A DNA stretch of 40,382 bases from a virus (lineage: Duplodnaviria > Caudoviricetes): positions 1 through 40,382 of IMG/VR virus record IMGVR_UViG_3300020598_000104. One strand, written 5' to 3'. Below the pieces are notes generated by a model. It saw nothing but the letters and a program-made list of their open reading frames with translations, did not search any database and was not told where the DNA came from. Position 1 is the stretch's first letter, and each line of letters starts with the position of its first letter. The position numbers were made by a program, and so were the translations under genes. Below, piece after piece: positions 35,300 to 40,382 of the stretch.

Positions 35300-36030
35300 A
35301 AACGCATGATAGCAAACTTGTGCCTTCATTGGCAATCCACGGCGGGAAGACGCCGCTCACGATGTCGAGCCGCGAAATCGCGGAACTGACCGGCAAACGG
35401 CACGATCACGTCATGCGTGACGCCCGCAAAATGCTGATCGATCTGCATGGCGAAGAAGACCTCCCCAAATTTGGGGGCGTCTACGATGGCGGAAACGGCG
35501 AGGCGCGTCCGTGCCTCCATCTGCCGAAGCGGGAATGTCTGATCCTCGTCTCCGGCTATAGCGTCGAGCTTCGTGCACGCATCATCGACCGCTGGATGGA
35601 ACTGGAAGAAGGAGCAACGCCCAGGGCGCTCGACTTCTCCGATCCGCGCGTCGTCCTGGGCGTGATCGGCCACCTTCAGGGCGAAGTCGCCAAGAAGGAC
35701 GAGATTATCGCGGAGCAGGGCGGGCGGCTGAAGAAGCTGGATCGTCTCGAAGGCGCCAAGGGAAGCATGTGCATCACGGACGCCGCCAAGACGCTCGCCG
35801 TCAAGCGCGACTTCCTTTTCCAGTTCATGCAGACGCGCCGCTGGATCTTCAAGCGTTCCGGCAACAAGAACTGGCTGGCCTACGATACCGTTCGGCACGC
35901 TGGCTATATGGAGCACGACGACCATCTCTATATGGACAATGAGGGAAGGGAGCGCGTTTCGACGCAAGCGCTGGTGACGGCGAAGGGACTGGTCAAGCTG
36001 GCCGCTCTCCTCGATAAGCCTCTGCATTGA
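35296..36030 (+). CDS. Rha-family regulator fused to ANT/KilAC antirepressor domain (second copy)
   Basis: TMSSREIAELTGKRHDHVMRD..LPKRECLILVSGYSVELRARIIDRW.ELE; CITDAAKTL..VTAKGL. Confidence 0.92.
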   Translation: MQTHDSKLVPSLAIHGGKTPLTMSSREIAELTGKRHDHVMRDARKMLIDLHGEEDLPKFGGVYDGGNGEARPCLHLPKRECLILVSGYSVELRARIIDRWMELEEGATPRALDFSDPRVVLGVIGHLQGEVAKKDEIIAEQGGRLKKLDRLEGAKGSMCITDAAKTLAVKRDFLFQFMQTRRWIFKRSGNKNWLAYDTVRHAGYMEHDDHLYMDNEGRERVSTQALVTAKGLVKLAALLDKPLH

Positions 36031-36039
36031 GGGAGGCGT

Positions 36040-36243
36040 ATGATGGGGAACATCATTCCGTTTCAGTCTCGTCGGCGCTTTGCAACCGAAAGCCTCGAAG
36101 AGCGCATCCGTCGCCTCGAAGCCGAACTCATTGAGGCCCTGAGCGAAAAATGGCCGCGCGGTGCGGAAATCGTCAGGGTGCCGTACGGCAATCACGCGCT
36201 TTTCTTCATGGAGCGCGATCCCGAAGCCAAGGAGGTGTCGTAA
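36040..36243 (+). CDS. Hypothetical protein of cassette 2
   Basis: GAGGGAGG RBS; NIIPF motif; TAATG overlap. Confidence 0.7.
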   Translation: MMGNIIPFQSRRRFATESLEERIRRLEAELIEALSEKWPRGAEIVRVPYGNHALFFMERDPEAKEVS

Positions 36244-36557
36244 TGGATCGCCGCACTTTCATGAAGGCCGCGGCGATTGCCGCTTCTACGCCGGCTACCA
36301 TCGGCTCAATCTCGGTTGCCATTTCCGACATGTACCGGGAATGGCTTGCTGTCCGCTATCGGCCTTCGGCCGGCAAGACCGAAGCTGAGATGGACGAGGG
36401 CTTTTACCGATACCAGACCTTGCAAAGGTCGATCATCGAGGCTGAGCCCCAAACGCCGCGGGACGTTGCCATTCAGTTCATCGTCGATACCGACGACGGC
36501 GACAACTACCACTCGGATGATTTCGAGCGTCGTATTCGGCAGTTGGCCGCGTCCTGA
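36243..36557 (+). CDS. Protein with twin-arginine-like N-terminus
   Basis: AAGGAGG RBS; MDRRTFMKAAAIAAS. Confidence 0.75.
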   Translation: MDRRTFMKAAAIAASTPATIGSISVAISDMYREWLAVRYRPSAGKTEAEMDEGFYRYQTLQRSIIEAEPQTPRDVAIQFIVDTDDGDNYHSDDFERRIRQLAAS

Positions 36558-36580
36558 GCTCAAGAAAAGTCAAATGCAGC

Positions 36581-36607
36581 AAGGCCCTCCATCGCGGGGG
36601 CCTTTTT
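36581..36607 (+). terminator. Intrinsic terminator closing cassette 2
   Basis: AAGGCCCTC..GGGGGCCTT followed by TTT. Confidence 0.75.
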
Positions 36608-36623
36608 CCATGGAAGGAAGCCC

Positions 36624-37745
36624 ATGCCCAGGAACGGAAGCGGCGTCTATTCGAAACCGGCCGGCACTACGGCGGTTCCGAATACGGACATCGAAAGCGC
36701 CAAGTACAATGCAACCATCGACGATATCGTCGATGACCTGAACGCGGCACGGCCCCGGACAGCAGGGGGGACCGGCGAGACGAGCGTTCCCGCTGCTCGG
36801 CAAGCCTTCACGACGTATACCACGAAATCGGCGGGCTATACGGCGGCAAAGACGGACGCCGGCGCCATCCACCGTTGCTCGGCAGAGATTACCGTATCTC
36901 TTACGGCTGCAACGACGCTCGGCGCGAACTGGACGCTGACGATCATTGCGGACGGCGGAGACGTCACCATTGACGCAGACGGAACCGAGCTTATCAACGG
37001 CGCGGAAACGCTTGTCGTTGCGGATGGGGATGCGACTTACCTCATCTGCACGGGGTCGGCGTTCGTGGCTATCGTGATCCCCTCGAATAGCAGGATCACG
37101 ACATTGCCGACCGGGGCCGCTCTACCCGCCGCCGATATCGGCCCAATCTGGCACGCCGACTATGCGTCGGTCATGACGTGGCAGAAATTCGACGCGAACA
37201 GCGCAGACTACGAGGGCTATGCCAGCGTGGATATCGGCATGCCTGTTCTGGACGGCCGGTCCACTCCCCGAACCGGCTACCTCAAACGCAATGGGGCCTC
37301 CCTTTCGAAGACGACGCACGCTCCTCTTTGGGCGTGGGCGCAGCACAATGGCAACGTAGTTGCGCTCGGCTCGTGGGCTGCAGGGGCATTCGTCTTTGCG
37401 GACAACGGAGATGGCACATTCAAAGTGCCTGACAATCGCGCCGAGTTTGAGCGCGCATGGGACGATAGCCGAGGTGTCGATAGCGGGCGTGTGTTTGGAT
37501 CATCGCAGCTTGACCAGATGCAGAGATTGGTTGGCACCTTGGATCTCTTAGCGGCGGGGTCTCAAAACGGAACTGGCGCTCTGTCGGCAAGCGGTTCTAC
37601 CGTCCGCGCGTCTGGTTCCACAAGCGACAGTGGCAAGACCATCAACCTCAACACAGCCAATTCACCAAACGCGCGTGTGTCGAGCACGACGGACGGAGAA
37701 ACCCGCGTCCGCAACGTTGCTCTTCTCGCCTGCATCAAGTTCTGA
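36624..37745 (+). CDS. Tail fibre protein with tail-collar domain
   Basis: MPRNGSGVY..P.GT head-binding N-term; TPRTGYLKRNG..F.VPD.R.EF.R.WD..RGVD.GR.FGS.Q collar; ETRVRNVALLACIKF C-term. Confidence 0.9.
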   Translation: MPRNGSGVYSKPAGTTAVPNTDIESAKYNATIDDIVDDLNAARPRTAGGTGETSVPAARQAFTTYTTKSAGYTAAKTDAGAIHRCSAEITVSLTAATTLGANWTLTIIADGGDVTIDADGTELINGAETLVVADGDATYLICTGSAFVAIVIPSNSRITTLPTGAALPAADIGPIWHADYASVMTWQKFDANSADYEGYASVDIGMPVLDGRSTPRTGYLKRNGASLSKTTHAPLWAWAQHNGNVVALGSWAAGAFVFADNGDGTFKVPDNRAEFERAWDDSRGVDSGRVFGSSQLDQMQRLVGTLDLLAAGSQNGTGALSASGSTVRASGSTSDSGKTINLNTANSPNARVSSTTDGETRVRNVALLACIKF

Positions 37746-37753
37746 GGTCGGCC

Positions 37754-38320
37754 ATGAACATCTATCACTTCCATTCCAAAACCGGCGAGTACCTCGGATC
37801 GTCTTCCGCCGAGACCGACCCACTCGACCCGTCGCATGTATTGGTTCCGGCCTTCGATACCAGGACAGAACCCTCGGCAGTGGAGGAGGGATTTGCACTC
37901 GTCTTTGCCGACGGAGAGTGGACGCAGGTTGCCGACCACCGCGGCGAAACGTGGTGGAACGCGGATGGCAAGCCCGTCGAGATCGACTTTCTCGGCGATC
38001 CGGTAGAGCGTGACTTGCTCGATGCCGAGCCTGAGATCGAGCCGGAACCGCCAACCCTCGCCGACTACGAGAATGCCATTCAGGGGCTCGTGGATACGAC
38101 CGCAACCGAGAAGATGTTTCGGGACGGCGTCACGCTCGCCAGCTATGTCGCATCTACGAACCCGCAATGGGCGGCAGAGGCCCAAGCCTTCGTGGTGTGG
38201 CGCGATGCAGTATGGGCCTATTCCTATGCCGAGCTTGCTAAGGTGCAGGCCGGCGAGCGGGAACAGCCGACGCCTGAGGAATTCCTGGAAGAACTGCCGG
38301 CCATCGCCTGGCCCAATTGA
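37754..38320 (+). CDS. Tail fibre assembly chaperone (Tfa-like)
   Basis: IYHF..TGEYLG..P..T..P..W....DHRGET.W; C-term AEAQAF..WRD.VW..LP...WP. Confidence 0.82.
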   Translation: MNIYHFHSKTGEYLGSSSAETDPLDPSHVLVPAFDTRTEPSAVEEGFALVFADGEWTQVADHRGETWWNADGKPVEIDFLGDPVERDLLDAEPEIEPEPPTLADYENAIQGLVDTTATEKMFRDGVTLASYVASTNPQWAAEAQAFVVWRDAVWAYSYAELAKVQAGEREQPTPEEFLEELPAIAWPN

Positions 38321-38384
38321 GGCCCGGGCGAGACGGGCAACCCGCCCGACCGGCCTAGCCCACACCGCAACCAAGGACATCATC

Positions 38385-39152
38385 ATGAACCGCGCAGCGT
38401 TCTACGTCAGCGTGCGAGCCCGCACGTCGGCAGTCTTCGGCACGTCCCTATCTCCGAGTCAGGTGCAGGGGGTCGAAGCCATCCTTGACGAGGGAGGAAG
38501 GCGAGGAACGCCACTCCGGCAACTCGCCTATATCCTCGCCACGGCCTACCACGAATCCGCCCATACGATGCAGGCGGTGAGGGAGACGCTAGCGAAGACC
38601 GACGACGGCGCTATCCGGGCGCTGGAAGCGGCGTGGAAGGCCGGCAAGCTCTCGTGGGTGAAGACGCCGTACTGGCGCAAGGACGCTGACGGCAAATCGT
38701 GGTTCGGCCGCGGTCTCGTCCAGATCACCCACAAGGCGAACTATCAGAAGCTCGGCATGCTGATCGGCGTCGATCTGGTGAAGGACCCTTCGAAGGCACT
38801 GGAGCTTTCCACGGCCGTTCAGATCCTCTTCACCGGAATGGAGCTTGCCAGCTTCACCGGGAAGGCTCTCGCGGACTACATCAGCGACGGCCGGGCCGAT
38901 TATGAGGGTGCGCGCCGGATCGTGAACGGCACGGACAAGGCCGCGCTGATTGCCGGCTATGCCGAGGCGTTCGAGAAGGCATTGGTTGCCGCCGGCTATT
39001 CCGCGAAGAAGGCCCAGCCTTCCGCCACTGAGCCCGCTCCAGCGCCGCCGAAGCCTGCCGCCACCATCGAGCAAGGCCCGGTCCCGTCCGGCAACTGGCT
39101 CGCCGGCATCCTCGCCGTAATCCTCAAAATCTTCTCCAGGAGCGAGAAATGA
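38385..39152 (+). CDS. Endolysin, GH19/chitinase-like lysozyme fold
   Basis: LAYILATAYHES..M..V.E; WFGRGLVQIT.KANY; ARRIVNGTD; P/A linker and amphipathic C-terminal helix. Confidence 0.88.
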   Translation: MNRAAFYVSVRARTSAVFGTSLSPSQVQGVEAILDEGGRRGTPLRQLAYILATAYHESAHTMQAVRETLAKTDDGAIRALEAAWKAGKLSWVKTPYWRKDADGKSWFGRGLVQITHKANYQKLGMLIGVDLVKDPSKALELSTAVQILFTGMELASFTGKALADYISDGRADYEGARRIVNGTDKAALIAGYAEAFEKALVAAGYSAKKAQPSATEPAPAPPKPAATIEQGPVPSGNWLAGILAVILKIFSRSEK

Positions 39153-39361
39153 AGTTCCTCAACACCAACACCCTGCACAACGTCATCAACGTGGCCGTCG
39201 TCGTCATCCCGGCGCTTGAGCAATTCGACTGGACGCCGTTCATGTCGGACAGCACGGCCCTGAAGGTTGTCGGCGTCCTCGGGCTGCTCAAGATCGCCGT
39301 CAATGTGGTCCGCGATGGCCCTACGGGTCTCGTTGCGCCTCAGCCCCCGGTGCAGAAATGA
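39149..39361 (+). CDS. Putative holin
   Basis: 70 aa with two hydrophobic segments, coupled to the lysin; AGGAG RBS. Confidence 0.65.
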   Translation: MKFLNTNTLHNVINVAVVVIPALEQFDWTPFMSDSTALKVVGVLGLLKIAVNVVRDGPTGLVAPQPPVQK

Positions 39362-39639
39362 TCGGCCTCCTCGACGCCCTCAAGATCGGCGCCGGCGCGG
39401 TCCTCGGCGCTGCGCTCCTCTATGCCTATGTGCAGATCGTTTCGCTGCCAGCGGCCCGCTCTGAGGCAAGGGCTCATCTCATCGCCGAGCAGGCCGTTCA
39501 ATCCCAAAAGGAAGAGCTGGAAAGGAAGGGCGACGATGCCACGCTTCAGCGCATGTCTGATTATGACCTTTGCCGTGCTTACCTTGGTGGGGTGCCAGAA
39601 TGTGACACCCTCCTCGTGCGCGGGGTTTCAGAAGAATAA
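39358..39639 (+). CDS. i-spanin (Rz-like)
   Basis: N-terminal TM, coiled coil, C-terminal Cys pair. Confidence 0.75.
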   Translation: MIGLLDALKIGAGAVLGAALLYAYVQIVSLPAARSEARAHLIAEQAVQSQKEELERKGDDATLQRMSDYDLCRAYLGGVPECDTLLVRGVSEE

Positions 39640-39745
39640 CCTCTCGCCGGCCGGGACGGTGGCGCTGCTCCAGGCAGATCGCCCCGGCGCAGAGCGGGTA
39701 ATCGGAAATGACCGGGCCGGCGCCCGGAAGGGATGCTGGGAATAG
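39536..39745 (+). CDS. o-spanin lipoprotein (Rz1-like), overlapping the i-spanin in the +1 frame
   Basis: AAGGAAGG RBS; MPRFSACLIMTFAVLTLVGC lipobox. Confidence 0.8.
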   Translation: MPRFSACLIMTFAVLTLVGCQNVTPSSCAGFQKNNLSPAGTVALLQADRPGAERVIGNDRAGARKGCWE

Positions 39746-39747
39746 AC

Positions 39748-40095
39748 ATGTCGGCAACGGATGACGGAACGATGCAACGCGAAATCGGAATGCTCACCGC
39801 CAAGGTGGACATGATTCTCGAGACGATGCGACGATCAGAGGAGAAATCCGACGTCAGCCGTGCCTCGATGCATCGAAGGCTGGACGACCAGGCCGACCGC
39901 ATGGGCAAGGTCGAATCCGCCGTCAACGACGTTCAGGACGACGTAAAGGACATGAAGCCAGTCGTCGAGGAAATCCAGATGTGGCGGCAACGGGGGATAG
40001 GGGCTCTCGCCATCGTCGGGATAGGGGCCTCGGCTCTTACCTTCATCGTGACGAAGTTCGGGGCCGCGTTGATGGCGTGGATCGGGACGCGCTAA
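39748..40095 (+). CDS. DUF1515-like coiled-coil protein with C-terminal TM (lysis-cassette associated)
   Basis: REIGML.AKV..RSEEKSD.SRASMHRRLD..MKPV..W..RG.GALA.VG pattern. Confidence 0.65.
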   Translation: MSATDDGTMQREIGMLTAKVDMILETMRRSEEKSDVSRASMHRRLDDQADRMGKVESAVNDVQDDVKDMKPVVEEIQMWRQRGIGALAIVGIGASALTFIVTKFGAALMAWIGTR

Positions 40096-40382
40096 CTCCG
40101 CGCTTTCTCCAGGCACCTGTCCCAGAACTCTTCCACCATCTGCGTGGCAATCCTCGCCGTGTCTACAAAGCCGGTGTTCGGCAATATCCTCTTGTCCCGT
40201 AGCTCGCGAGGATAAGCCGCCGCCCATTGCCATTTGCCCGCCGTTGGGCCAGCCGTGTCTTTCCTGATCCTCCCGATATAGGCCATTCCGTCGAAACCGC
40301 ACCAGTCGAGGTCGGATGGCGGGTCGTTCTCGTCGAGCTGCGTTCGCTTCCATTGGTAGCGGGGCTGGTAGGGTTCTGTCAT
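40092..40382 (-). CDS. Hypothetical protein
   Basis: Complete Trp-rich ORF (IGRIRK..GP..GKWQW), convergent with the lysis cassette. Confidence 0.7.
   Translation of the reverse strand: MTEPYQPRYQWKRTQLDENDPPSDLDWCGFDGMAYIGRIRKDTAGPTAGKWQWAAAYPRELRDKRILPNTGFVDTARIATQMVEEFWDRCLEKARS

Larger units (their letters stand above)
1..40382 (+). mobile_element. Prophage/temperate podovirus-like phage segment of an alphaproteobacterium (early genes through lysis cassette; integrase and repressor outside window)
   Basis: Contiguous replication, terminase, portal, capsid, tail, ejection, tail fibre and lysis modules, many joined by ATGA overlaps. No tape measure or tail tube gene. Confidence 0.95.

Noticed and set aside
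38010-38384. 125-codon N-terminal extension of the endolysin
   Set aside because: Overlaps the tail fibre chaperone in another frame; the AAGGA RBS supports ATG 38385.
1-40382. CRISPR/TIGR-type arrays, diversity-generating retroelement, invertible tail-fibre cassette, IS elements, att sites
   Set aside because: I saw no regularly spaced repeats, reverse transcriptase, invertase, transposase or integrase, and no second copy of the fibre C-terminus. A computational self-alignment would be needed to exclude subtle repeats.

Overview
The window is about 40 kb of a GC-rich temperate phage or prophage of an alphaproteobacterial host. GcrA-, GapR- and DUF1515-like genes suggest Rhizobiaceae. The virion is podovirus-type: there is no tape measure or tail tube, and it encodes a P22-like portal, nozzle and ejection proteins. 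Gene order on + is: early/middle genes (GapR-ParB-like fusion, structured RNA region, nuclease, replication initiator with internal origin, GcrA-like protein); NusG-type late antiterminator; late leader with two HNH genes and structured RNA; terS, terL, portal, scaffold, capsid, adaptor, nozzle, GNAT; ejection proteins; tail fibre and chaperone; then GH19-like lysin, holin and spanins. Integrase and main repressor are not in the window. The late region is interrupted by two immI-like cassettes (RHH/Arc repressor, Rha-ANT antirepressor, twin-arginine ORF and a predicted sar-like antisense RNA) and by a lower-GC moron island (28.8-34.3 kb). The island carries membrane proteins, a lipoprotein, a thermonuclease, higBA and the strongest candidate for an undescribed system: a proteasome-beta-like Ntn hydrolase (Thr1/Asp17/Lys) coupled to a small partner ORF. 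All calls come from reading motifs by eye; no searches were run.
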